From IMG/VR virus record IMGVR_UViG_3300025892_000009: a DNA stretch of 64,000 nt. One strand, given 5' to 3'. Made by a program: the position numbers and the translations under genes. The stretch comes from a virus. The notes beneath the pieces are model-generated. The model worked only from the letters and a program-made list of their open reading frames with translations, made no database searches and was not told where the DNA came from. This document shows, piece after piece, positions 34,910 through 45,300 of the stretch (position 1 is its first letter; every line of letters begins with the position of its first letter).

Positions 34910-37900
34910 TCAGAGAGCAGCGATACGGGTCTGGAAGTCAGCAAAGTCTGCCGAAGCAGCAACTGTTGCTTTGAGAGTTGCTAATGTAATTGTCTCTGCT
35001 TGAAGTGCAGAGTCAGCAGTTGCACCTTGTGCAGCAGTAGCATAATCAGTAGAAGCAGTTGCAGCGGCAGTACCCAGAGTAGGTAGGTTAGTAAGATCAT
35101 TGTAAGATCCAGTGGTTGCTACGGTTGCCAGATCACCTGGTTGTGTAGCAGTGTCTGCCAAACCACCCTGTGCAGCAGTTGCATATGCAGTTGCATCAGT
35201 GGTGGCAGCAGTGCCGAGACCCAGAGCATTGATACCCGCTGTTACGCGAGCATCGGCACGACCATCGGTGAAGTAGAGGTTAGTGCTTCCCTCAGTAATA
35301 CCATCCGAGTCAGGTGTGGTATAAGAGAAGACGCCAGTGCCAGGAGTGTAAGACAGATCACCAGTGGCACTTACAGCACCACGAGCATCAGCAGTCTTAA
35401 AGGTGGTTACACTAAATGCACCAGTGCTAGCATTATAAGCGAGATCGCCACCAGCACTAAATGCACCCCTAGCGCGAGCGTTGGTAAAGAAGATGTTTGT
35501 GGATCCTTCTGTGACATTATCAGTATTGATATCAGATTGAGTAACAGAAAGAGTGCCTGTATTTAACTCAATACCATTGCCATACGTGAAGTGTGTTCTC
35601 GTGCGAGCAGCAGTGGTGAATAGAGCAGTAGATCCTTCTGTGATGTTGTCAGTGTTGATGTCACCCTGAGTTGCACTCAGTGTCAGGATATTACCTGCAT
35701 CATCATATGTAGCAGTGATACCAGTGCCACCTGTGATCAGAGCAGCAACACGATCATCAACTCTCTCATTAGTGAAGTAGAGGTTGCTGGTGCCTTCTGC
35801 CAGAGCATCAGTATCATGGTTAGCGATACTACCAACTTGTGACTCGAAGAATGTCAACGCACCAGTAACATTCAAGTTACCTTGGACTTCAAAGTTAGTG
35901 GTTGATCGGAAGTTAGCAACCGTCAGTCTATTAGTAGATGGATTATATGTAAGGTTTGTGGAGTCAGTGCGGATCTCAGTGTGTCCATTATTCGTGGAAA
36001 CGAATGTAGGATAGTAAGTAAGGTTAGATGTTGTAGTGTCAGTAATATCAGCAAGGTCTGACTTGTCAGCAGTACCTGTTAGGTCACCAGTTACATTACC
36101 AGTGATCTGTCCAGTAACACCCAGTGTGCCACCCATGGTGGTGTTGTTAGTAACATCAAGACTTGCAAGAGTGCTAAGACCAGTGATCTCAGCGTTACCC
36201 GTTGTGGAGTTAAGTGTAATCTTGTCAGTGCCGCTACCATTCTGCAACTTGAGAGTCTTACTAGCACCACGGAGGACAAGGTTGTCCTTAAACAGTGAGG
36301 TGCTATCGACAGTCAGGGTGCCATCTAGTTGCTGATTGCCATCAACATTAAGATCAGAATCAAAGTCTACATTCTGAGTAACATTCAGAGTGTCATCAAT
36401 GATGACTCTACCTGCAACATCCAGGGTGCCTTCAATATCAGTATTACCAGTAGATCCAGAAACAATAAACTTATTAGTGTTAACGATAATAGATCCACCA
36501 ACGTTGACGTTAGAAGTCGTGTTGATAGTTGAAATATTAGCAGTTGTGCCTGAGAATATTGATGCTGTGATTGTGCCGTCTGCAGTGATGTTACCTGTAG
36601 CACCGAAGAAGGTAATGGTTTCATTCTGGTCAGGACCAACAAAGATGTCTTCACCGAAGAAGGAGTCTTCATAGACTGCCACACCACCGTTAGGCACCAT
36701 GATTGCACAGTTGCCAGTAAGACGAGATGCAGTCTCATTCTTAGTGAATTCAACACGACCACGGAATTCCTGGTTACCTTTCTGGACGACGTTACCATCT
36801 ACCTCAAAGTTACCATAGATCTGCATGTCTCCACCAATTGCCAGATCCTGAGCAACTGATATACCACCTGCAACTTGCAGAGCACCAGAGGCAGAGAAGT
36901 TAGATCCAGTAGATGTATTAGTGGTGTCAGTGATACTAACAATATCACCCAGTGTAGATGTGCCAGAGACATCAGCGTTACCGTTGATGTCAACATTATC
37001 ATTGATAGTTGTCAGACCTTCAATCTGAGTTGTGCCAGCAATAAAGGTATTACCGTTGTCGGTGTCAACAGTAAATCTGTCAACCAGAGAAGATCTAATG
37101 ACAAAGTTTTCGTTAGTGGCATCAACCAGAAGGGTGTCATTGATAGTTGTCTGATCACTAACAACCAATGTGCCACTGACTGTAGCATTATCTGTGATGT
37201 TAACAGTGCCACCAGAAGAGTCAAGGACAAGGTTACCAGCAGTGGTGTCAATCTCGTTGGATGCAGCAACACCAATCCTCACAGAGTCGGCAGTGATGTC
37301 TGTAGAGGTGATTGCAGCGGTAAATGTAGATGTAGCGTTGACCGTTAATGTATCAGCGTTTGAATTACCAAGAGTAGAGTTGCCATCAACTGTCAGGTTA
37401 TTACTAACAGCAAGACTAGCAGTGACAGCGACGTTGTTGGCAGATGAGTCAAGGACTAGCGATCCACCATTTGCAAAAATTGCTCTGCTACCTTGGGTAG
37501 TGCCAAGACGGAGATCGTTAACGTGGATTCCATCGTTGGCAGTAATGCGTTGATTTGCAGTGACAGTGCCTGTAATAGTATGAGCATCGTCAGCAGCATC
37601 ACCGATAGTTGCACTACCGTCAACTGTCAGATTGCCATCGATCTGAGTATTTCCATCAACATTAAGGTTGCCGTCAATGTCAGCATTGTCTGTGATGTTA
37701 ACAGTGCCGCCAGCAGAATCAATAATCAGATTGCCAGAAGTGGTGCCAATTTCATTTGCAGCGTCTGTGCCAATCTTCAAGTTACGGATGTTTGCTCTCT
37801 CAGCAACAGTGAGTGCTTGGTTAAACTGGACTACACCAGTTACTACATGTGAGTCACTAGCAGCATTACCAACCGTCGTATTACCATTTACACCAAAGGT

Positions 37901-40900
37901 GCCAGCAACAAATGTATTACCTGTTTGTGCATCAACAGTGAATGTGGTAGAGACAGCGAAGTCATCGGTTACATCCAGTGTGCCTGTGATGTCAACGTTG
38001 CCACTAATTTCAGCATTTCTAGTCAGATAGAAATCTTGACCGACTCTCAGATCAATACCGATACCAGCACCACCACCAACAATCAGAGTACCTGATGAGG
38101 CATTCGTGGAATTCGTTGTATCGAAGAGTTTTACCGATCCAGCATCAATACCCGATCTAGTCCCTGAGAATGCCTCAGAAGCGTTTGTAGCACCGTTGTA
38201 GAAGGCATAACGACCTGCTGAGTTATCCCAACCATAAAAACCTAGTTTTGCAGATCCATCATAGTATCTAAATTCAACACCACGATCTTTTGCGTCGTCT
38301 GATGTAGGTGCAGTGTCTCCACCCAAAGTGATTACAGGATCATCTAGTGTGACAACAGTAGAGTTGACTGTGGTAGTAACACCATTAACAGTCAAGTTAC
38401 CTTCGATAATAGCATTACCATCAATATCAAAGTTACCGTTGATAGTAACGTTATCAGTAAATGTAGAGACGGAATTAACTGTCAACACATCAGTGTTTGC
38501 ATCACCGATAGTGGTCAGAGGACCATTGATTGTGAATTGCTCGTTAAAAGTTGCATGACCGTGGACAACAATTGCACCATCAGTAGCATTACCCTGACCA
38601 ACACGACCGATAGTTGTAAAACCAGATTCACCTAGAATTGAAAATTCAACCGTATCTAAAGTGTTAACTTTACCAACATAGAAATCATCACCAACGTGAA
38701 GATCTTGGACAATACCGACACCACCAGAAACTCTCAGGTTAGCACCAGGATCATCAGCAAAGGTTGCATTGTGTGCTGTAGTAGCACCAATATATTGACG
38801 ATAAAGAATGTCAACATTATTGAGCAATGATGGACGAGTGCGCTCAATACCAGCATCCTTAACTACTAAACGATCATCAAGATAGATATCTCCACCAATG
38901 CGAAGATCTTTTTCAATGTTAACACCACCTGCATAGGTAGCATTACCATTAGTGGTAAGAGTGATATCCGATTCAGATGTAGTTGCATCAACTGCAATGT
39001 TAGCAGTCCTCTCAAAGGTGTTAAATCCACCAATGTTTAGAGATCCTTCAATATCAGTATTACCATTTGTGGTCAATACATGGAATGTTTGATTGCTACC
39101 ATTAGTAATTGTAAAATTCTTACCAGTGACATCCATCAGGAAGTCATTATGGAAGACCACATCATCATCGACATCCAACTCAGCATTGAATGTTACGTTG
39201 CTATCAACATTAAGAGTTGAATCAAAGTCAACACCTTGGACTACATGTAGTGTCCCTTGGACATCAGTATTACCGTTATCAGAATCAACAGTAAACTTAT
39301 TGACTGATCCAGCAGTGCGGATAATAAATTCTTTGTTATCAGCAGTGATGATGAGATTATCTGTAATCTCAGTCTCAAGTTGAATATCCAGGGTGCCTTC
39401 GATAACAGTGTTACCAGTTGCACTCTCGATAGTAAACTTATCAGTAGTATTGTTTCTAACAGCGAAGTTGGCATCAATGTCAACTGTGCCGTCAATCTCA
39501 ACGTTACCAAGAAGGTGAGTCGTGCCACCGACGTTAAGATTTTCGGAGATACCTGTGCCACCAGTCACCACCAGGGTGCCAGTTGTAGGTGTCTTCCAAG
39601 TAGAAGAAGTATTTGTGGTTAGTCTGAGGTTACCAGCAATGACAGGAGCGTCTGTGCCAGAGTAAACTTCAGTAGCGTTAGTCGCGTTGTAGAGGAACCT
39701 ATACCCGCCAGTGCCAGACCAAATGTTAGAGTCTGCGTAATCTTCGTCCCAACCATAGAATCCGAATCGCTCTTCACTATCATAATACCTAAATTCGATA
39801 CCACGGTCTTTGTTATCATCTGCAACAAGAGTATCCTCACCACCCAAAGTGATGATCGGATCCTGCACTGTCATTGTCACCGAGTTTACGGTGGTTGTAG
39901 TGCCGTCAACTTGGAGATCACCGCGAATGATCATTAGACCAGTTGCAGCATCATCATCGCCTGGATCCAGAATCATCGTAGAGTTTACACTACTCAGAGT
40001 ATTCTGCTGGAAGCGATATCCTTCAACGTTAACAAAGTAAGCAGCATCAGTGCTAGAGATTGTGATCTCATTGTCAGCAGTGATGTTAATATTTGCAGTG
40101 CCACCAGCATTAGCGTTGTTGGCAGTGATATTCATGTTGCGGTTATCCGCCTCATCAACTTCCAAGTGGAAGTCTACATTGCCCGAGGTCCGCTTAATGA
40201 ACTGGTTGGTTTTTGTAACGTCAAGAGTAATATTACCAGAGATGGTAGTATCGAGGTTAATGTCAATAAGACCAGTAAGACTCGATCCCCAGTTTGCGTC
40301 ACCGTTACCGTTAGGGTCATCAGCAGCAACAGCAGGATAGGAATTGCCCTGATCCAGAATCCCAGGCTGGAAAGGATACTCAGTAGTATCGTAACCAGTG
40401 ACACGGAATACGCTACCTCCTGTCCTGTTATTAACATTAACGTGGTTAATGGCGGTAATGCCATGATAAGCATTATCAGTCGTCCTTTCGGGGTCAAGCT
40501 CAAAGGTCTCCGTTGCGTTTTGGTCGGTAAACATGAGACGACCCAACGATTGCAGTTGGGAATTCTCTACCGCATTTTCGGCGATTGTAACGTGACCATT
40601 TGCGTCTACGTCAAAATCTTCCTGGTCGAAACTCGCAATACCCTTTTGCTCGACGCCATCAGTACCCAGGTCTCTCCATCCACCCTGATCGTCGTTATCT
40701 CCGTTTTGGGTGTTATGTGATGGCTCACCAAGTCCTGCTGGGATGTCCCGAATAGCTGCCTGATATGTCCTACCATTGCTAGCAATAATCTTGCTGAATC
40801 TAGGATATACAACAGCATTACCGTAAACGGTGAAAGTCGTGCCATCCTTCGCTCCCTGTGTTGCCGTAGCAATTGGTGAAGTATTAGCATAAATGAGACG

Positions 40901-41707
40901 ACCATATCTGTCAACTTCCAAGTTGACCGTGTTGACCGTTTCGGCACCAGTTGTTGCTGAGATTTTTGGATCTACTAAAGGATCCATTGCTGTGATTGGG
41001 TTGTACTTACCCACCACAACTGTAGTATCTGCTAGGTCAACAAATGGGTTAGATGCCTGAGCATTACCATTCTGGACAATAACACGACCACTACCACCAG
41101 TAATAGTCCTAGAAACAATATTACCTTCCGCTTGGCGAGACAACATACCAAACGTAGTCATCGATGCCAGTGATGTTAAATCACTATCCAATGGTTGTGC
41201 GTCAGCAATACCAAAATCGGTGAGAGTAGATGGACTATCTGCATCAATAATACGACCACGGGAATCCACCGTGATACGAGTATATGTGCCAGTTGCATCT
41301 AGGTCGAGTGGATCGTAGTGGGGAAGTGCCACCACATAATTCAATTCTGCAGTAATAGTGAGGTTTGAGGATCCATCAAACGTGCCACTACCAGACATGT
41401 CGCCACCCAATTGGATCTGGCGAGCATTAGCAAGACGGGTTGCAGTTGCTGAATTACCAACCAATGATCCAGTAATGGCACCTGCTTCAAAGTTACCATC
41501 AGCATCTCTCTTAACAAGAGTATTTGCAGTATTTGATTCAGTTTCAAGTGGTCTCTCATATCGAAGAGAGTTCCATGCAGTGACACCATCACCGATCTTG
41601 ATACGCGAAGTATCAATCTCAATTCCCAATTCTCCTTGAGCAAGAATAGGATTGACGTTTGCCCACTGCTGGGCACCGTCACGTCTTAATTGGATTCTAT
41701 TTGCCAT
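34910..41707 (-). CDS. Large tail/neck fibre protein (2265 aa)
   Basis: N-terminal RIQLRR...W...NPILAQGELG...KIGDG fibre-head motif; long T/G/N-rich beta repeats; position just upstream of gp13. Confidence 0.85.
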   Translation of the reverse strand: MANRIQLRRDGAQQWANVNPILAQGELGIEIDTSRIKIGDGVTAWNSLRYERPLETESNTANTLVKRDADGNFEAGAITGSLVGNSATATRLANARQIQLGGDMSGSGTFDGSSNLTITAELNYVVALPHYDPLDLDATGTYTRITVDSRGRIIDADSPSTLTDFGIADAQPLDSDLTSLASMTTFGMLSRQAEGNIVSRTITGGSGRVIVQNGNAQASNPFVDLADTTVVVGKYNPITAMDPLVDPKISATTGAETVNTVNLEVDRYGRLIYANTSPIATATQGAKDGTTFTVYGNAVVYPRFSKIIASNGRTYQAAIRDIPAGLGEPSHNTQNGDNDDQGGWRDLGTDGVEQKGIASFDQEDFDVDANGHVTIAENAVENSQLQSLGRLMFTDQNATETFELDPERTTDNAYHGITAINHVNVNNRTGGSVFRVTGYDTTEYPFQPGILDQGNSYPAVAADDPNGNGDANWGSSLTGLIDINLDTTISGNITLDVTKTNQFIKRTSGNVDFHLEVDEADNRNMNITANNANAGGTANINITADNEITISSTDAAYFVNVEGYRFQQNTLSSVNSTMILDPGDDDAATGLMIIRGDLQVDGTTTTVNSVTMTVQDPIITLGGEDTLVADDNKDRGIEFRYYDSEERFGFYGWDEDYADSNIWSGTGGYRFLYNATNATEVYSGTDAPVIAGNLRLTTNTSSTWKTPTTGTLVVTGGTGISENLNVGGTTHLLGNVEIDGTVDIDANFAVRNNTTDKFTIESATGNTVIEGTLDIQLETEITDNLIITADNKEFIIRTAGSVNKFTVDSDNGNTDVQGTLHVVQGVDFDSTLNVDSNVTFNAELDVDDDVVFHNDFLMDVTGKNFTITNGSNQTFHVLTTNGNTDIEGSLNIGGFNTFERTANIAVDATTSESDITLTTNGNATYAGGVNIEKDLRIGGDIYLDDRLVVKDAGIERTRPSLLNNVDILYRQYIGATTAHNATFADDPGANLRVSGGVGIVQDLHVGDDFYVGKVNTLDTVEFSILGESGFTTIGRVGQGNATDGAIVVHGHATFNEQFTINGPLTTIGDANTDVLTVNSVSTFTDNVTINGNFDIDGNAIIEGNLTVNGVTTTVNSTVVTLDDPVITLGGDTAPTSDDAKDRGVEFRYYDGSAKLGFYGWDNSAGRYAFYNGATNASEAFSGTRSGIDAGSVKLFDTTNSTNASSGTLIVGGGAGIGIDLRVGQDFYLTRNAEISGNVDITGTLDVTDDFAVSTTFTVDAQTGNTFVAGTFGVNGNTTVGNAASDSHVVTGVVQFNQALTVAERANIRNLKIGTDAANEIGTTSGNLIIDSAGGTVNITDNADIDGNLNVDGNTQIDGNLTVDGSATIGDAADDAHTITGTVTANQRITANDGIHVNDLRLGTTQGSRAIFANGGSLVLDSSANNVAVTASLAVSNNLTVDGNSTLGNSNADTLTVNATSTFTAAITSTDITADSVRIGVAASNEIDTTAGNLVLDSSGGTVNITDNATVSGTLVVSDQTTINDTLLVDATNENFVIRSSLVDRFTVDTDNGNTFIAGTTQIEGLTTINDNVDINGNADVSGTSTLGDIVSITDTTNTSTGSNFSASGALQVAGGISVAQDLAIGGDMQIYGNFEVDGNVVQKGNQEFRGRVEFTKNETASRLTGNCAIMVPNGGVAVYEDSFFGEDIFVGPDQNETITFFGATGNITADGTITASIFSGTTANISTINTTSNVNVGGSIIVNTNKFIVSGSTGNTDIEGTLDVAGRVIIDDTLNVTQNVDFDSDLNVDGNQQLDGTLTVDSTSLFKDNLVLRGASKTLKLQNGSGTDKITLNSTTGNAEITGLSTLASLDVTNNTTMGGTLGVTGQITGNVTGDLTGTADKSDLADITDTTTSNLTYYPTFVSTNNGHTEIRTDSTNLTYNPSTNRLTVANFRSTTNFEVQGNLNVTGALTFFESQVGSIANHDTDALAEGTSNLYFTNERVDDRVAALITGGTGITATYDDAGNILTLSATQGDINTDNITEGSTALFTTAARTRTHFTYGNGIELNTGTLSVTQSDINTDNVTEGSTNIFFTNARARGAFSAGGDLAYNASTGAFSVTTFKTADARGAVSATGDLSYTPGTGVFSYTTPDSDGITEGSTNLYFTDGRADARVTAGINALGLGTAATTDATAYATAAQGGLADTATQPGDLATVATTGSYNDLTNLPTLGTAAATASTDYATAAQGATADSALQAETITLATLKATVAASADFADFQTRIAAL
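35255..35815 (-). repeat. Four TDxxxEGxxNLYFT-type repeats near the fibre C-terminus
   Basis: TDALAEGTSNLYFT, TDNITEGSTALFTT, TDNVTEGSTNIFFT, SDGITEGSTNLYFT. Confidence 0.8.
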
Positions 41708-41750
41708 TTGATTATAAGGATCCTAGCAACCGACAACAGTCTTTCTTGTT

Positions 41751-41758
41751 TATTTATG
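41751..41758 (-). promoter_or_regulatory. Late promoter for the fibre-gp13-16 operon
   Basis: CATAAATA directly after a terminator. Confidence 0.65.
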
Positions 41759-41763
41759 CCATT

Positions 41764-41783
41764 AAAAAACCCCCTTACGGGGG
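41764..41783 (-). terminator. Rho-independent terminator
   Basis: CCCCC-GTAA-GGGGG (GNRA loop) followed by TTTTTT. Confidence 0.8.
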
Positions 41784-41791
41784 ATGCAGAT

Positions 41792-42013
41792 TTATTCTGC
41801 AGCAGGAGTCTCTTCCTCTTCAGTCTCGTCAGATGAAGGGGGGGAAAGATACTCAAGAGTTTCAATCGCTCCAAGCAATTTGAGAGCGGTGGCTTCATTA
41901 TCTTTGATCTTTTTCGAGAGCTCTTGATTCTCACGAATAATATTTTGATACCGTGTTTGGAATTGCTCTAGCAATTCTTCCTGAGAAGCAGTTTCAGTCA
42001 CATCAGCAGTCAT
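41792..42013 (-). CDS. Small acidic coiled-coil protein
   Basis: 73 aa, heptad-like ELLEQFQTRYQNIIRENQELSKKI; GGAG Shine-Dalgarno. Confidence 0.7.
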   Translation of the reverse strand: MTADVTETASQEELLEQFQTRYQNIIRENQELSKKIKDNEATALKLLGAIETLEYLSPPSSDETEEEETPAAE

Positions 42014-42014
42014 G

Positions 42015-42284
42015 TTATTCTCCTTTAATTAATGATTTCAATAACGTTTTAATTTCCGACAAGTCAGATTTTAGTCCATCTACGTCTCCTTGTAAAGCCT
42101 CAAACTTCTCATCTTTCTTTTGCCGCTTACGATAAGCAGACATATATTCCTCATACTGAGTTTTATTACAATTTACAATAGCATTTGAAGATGGATCCCT
42201 ATACCACCCGTCTCTTCCCTTAACTGGGATTAGATCGGGTGAGTAAGGTTTAATATGATCTGTAGAGTCTTGGGGGCTTGACAT
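42015..42284 (-). CDS. Small conserved protein with C-terminal coiled coil
   Basis: IPVKGRDGWYRDPSSNAIVN...LKSDLSEIKTLLKSL. Confidence 0.75.
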   Translation of the reverse strand: MSSPQDSTDHIKPYSPDLIPVKGRDGWYRDPSSNAIVNCNKTQYEEYMSAYRKRQKKDEKFEALQGDVDGLKSDLSEIKTLLKSLIKGE

Positions 42285-42324
42285 AGTAACTAATAATAAT
42301 TATAATCAACCTTGTGAGCGTTGA
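42278..42324 (+). promoter_or_regulatory. Antisense sigma70 promoter with TCAAC-N9-GTTGA element (copy 2)
   Basis: TTGACA (42278-42283), 17 nt, TATAAT (42301-42306), perfect consensus; then CAACCTTGTGAGCGTTGA. Confidence 0.75.
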
Positions 42325-42336
42325 GAAACAGAGTAC

Positions 42337-45300
42337 TTAAGTAGCTAGAGCAATTGCTCTAAGGTCTGCAATTAATGGTACTCGTGCTTGGTTTTTAGAT
42401 TTCATCACAATCTTTAATTGGAATGCATTGAAGTTTAAACCTTTCTTCTCATAAGCATAATCTTTCCAGAGATATTCATCTGTAGGAGTAGAATCATACT
42501 GTTGATTTTGTGTAGATAAAGGTTCTCCAACCAATTCCCAACCAAGAGTATTGGGATCTGCAGTATCACCTGCTTTGAATGCTCTAAAGTAAACTCTTAC
42601 CTCAGTAGCAGGATGACGAGTGATTTGGAAATCAACTTTTAGAGATCTTGCTTCACTGCCCAAACGTGCTAGACGTGTGATATATACTGCATCATTCTGA
42701 TCACCTGTAGGTAGAGTAGAAACATCTTGTGTCCTATCAATGAGTCCCTGTTGACCATAAGCAGCTGGACCACCTGGCCAATAGTTGATTCTATTAGTTG
42801 TAGTAATCAATGACAATCTGTCAAGGTCAATACAAGGGGACAAAGAAGATTTTTCGGTTGTTAATTGAATTGCCATAGTCAAAGACTTATTGCCACCCAA
42901 CTTATTCTCTTCATTAATCTTAGAAGCTACCATTTGCGGAGATGCAAAAGCATTTTCTTCATTAAGGACAACATCTAAGAATTGACCATTATTGATAAAG
43001 GAGCTCTGATCGCGAGGAGCAGATCCACCTTCACCACCACCCTCACCAACTGACGTTGCCGTAGTAGTATTTACACGAGCAGTAATCTCAGTTTCTGGTA
43101 AAACCATGGTTGAAACTGTTGGTGTTAAAGTTTCAAATTGGACATTTTGAGATCCAAATACTGCTCCACCACCACCACGAATACCATTAGTTGCAACATG
43201 ATCGACTGCTAGCATATAAGTATCAATCCATGGGCACTCAATTCTTTCGTGGACTTTATTAATTTCCACTAGTGGAATGCCATCTAAGTTATAGCATTCA
43301 ACAATAGCGCCAGATGCATGAGTAGTATCTACAGTAGCATTTGAACCTCTACCACTTGTAGCAACAGTAATTACTTGACCGTTAGTAGAAATTGCAGAGT
43401 ATTGAATGATCTCATCGTCAATTTTCAAATAACCAGGATTCAAGTTTCCAGTGGCGGATCCACCAATAATTGTATGGAATTGTGATGCATCTTGGACTTG
43501 AATTGAAGTTACCCCTGCAGATAAGGATGAAGTCAATTGGGTGTTGGGCACTTCGGAGATAACTCCTTCAACCTCAACATTATTGGTCCGTTGATGCATG
43601 CCATGATTTCTATGGAAGACTGCAACTTCCTTATCATCCGCAGAATAAGAAGGTGATTGTGTTGGGAATGCAGTGTAAGAGTCTCCTGAATATGTGATAC
43701 TGGTAATTGTTGCAGACGTGCCGCCTGGATTTGTCAATGTATCTGATGCATCAAAAGAATATGTCAGATAGTTGAGGGTCAATGTATTGCTGCTTGCATC
43801 ATAAGCAGTTACAGTGCCTTGAGATCCAGAAGTAGATCCACTTACAACATCACCAACTTCAAACACTCCATTGAAGATAGCAGACAATACGAATACGCCT
43901 ACTGATTGTGAGGATGCCAAACCTTGGAAAGGCACTGAGTTAGCATCAAGGAAACCTGAAGTGAAGGTGCCTGTGATGTCCGTAATTGTAAGTTTTTGGG
44001 GATCGGAAACTGCATCAAACTCAGTGATTGTGCCCGTTGCTCCAGATGGACTCTGGACAACTCTTGCACCAATAGTAAAGTTATAAGTTTCACCAACAGA
44101 AAGTAGTAACTGTTGCTTTGGTTTAATTGTGAGAATAGGATTCTCAATCATATTGTGGATACCACCATTACCTTTACCAAGATCTGCATTATTGACAATT
44201 GCAGTACCAAGAGTAGAAGTAAACTCTGCACGATACACATTAAACTTCATATCTTCATACTGGTCAGCAGTCCAGGTAGAAGCGTTTTGTGACTTGAAGA
44301 GCACACCAGCATAGGGTTGCTCAGAGATCGTCCTTGTGCCAGATACATCGATGTCACCCATTCTGGAGATCCAGCAGTTGTATTCGTTGGAGTCAGACAG
44401 AAGCACGAAGCAGTATTCCGTTGACTGCTTGATATAAACAGGCGATCTAAATGTAAACCTAGTTGGGACTGCTGCGTTATCTGACAACTCAACCTGACTT
44501 GGATCGATGGTAATATCAGAGAAAGGTAGAATATCCTTAGTTGGATATCCATTTTCCATAGTCCTAATCTGCATAGAGATAGGAATATTTGCATCTTTTG
44601 TCTTAAAGAAGCAATCAATACCTGTTAGGAATACACCGCCTTCTTCATCAATAATGAAAGATTGTGCAAGAGGGTCATACCAACCAATCTGACGTGTTTC
44701 AGTCCTGGTTGTGATAACCGTGCGAGCATCATTAACAGTATCTCTAACCAACTCAGCATTACGGACTGCAAGAATATTTTCTCTAACAGTGCGAAGTGTG
44801 CCTACAGCACTATATGTAGTGTCCGCAGATGAAGTCACTTCATCATTTGCTCTACTATTGGTGGGCGATGTAGTGAATCTAAAGGTCCTTGTGCCTGTTG
44901 CCCAACGGGGATTTGAATCATTACCAGGATTAGGAATGAAGAATGATCCACGGAAGTTGCCGATATTATCGGTCAGCAAACGACGGTCTTTGATTACAGC
45001 ACGAGCACCTGAAGTTTCTCCAACTAGCACTTCACCCGTTTGCATATTGCCAAAGTAGTTTGGATTGACAGTTTCTGCCAATACTCCAGTATCAATATTT
45101 ACAAATGGTGTTGTAGATGCATAAGATTCTGCAAGGACTGCTGCTCCAGTGCCGTAGGGGTCGGTCTTATATGCATCATTTGCAGCTGCTACTTTAAATC
45201 TACATCCTGAATTTTGACCAACAACAGTTTCACCCACAACAAATGGAGTCTCGTTCGCACGAGGATCTGCAGTTGAGGACTTAGTTAACTCAATAACTTT

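Noticed and set aside
35141-41883. Many 60-180-aa plus-strand and off-frame ORFs within the fibre gene
   Set aside because: Expected from Thr/Gly/Asn/Val-rich repetitive coding; fully nested in a clear gene.
42346-42361. Perfect 16-bp palindrome TAGAGCAATTGCTCTA (and TACTTAAGTA at 42334-42343) just downstream of antisense copy 2
   Set aside because: It lies in sequence encoding the conserved RAIAL C-terminus and copy 1 has no equivalent; probably chance, though it would fold in the antisense RNA.
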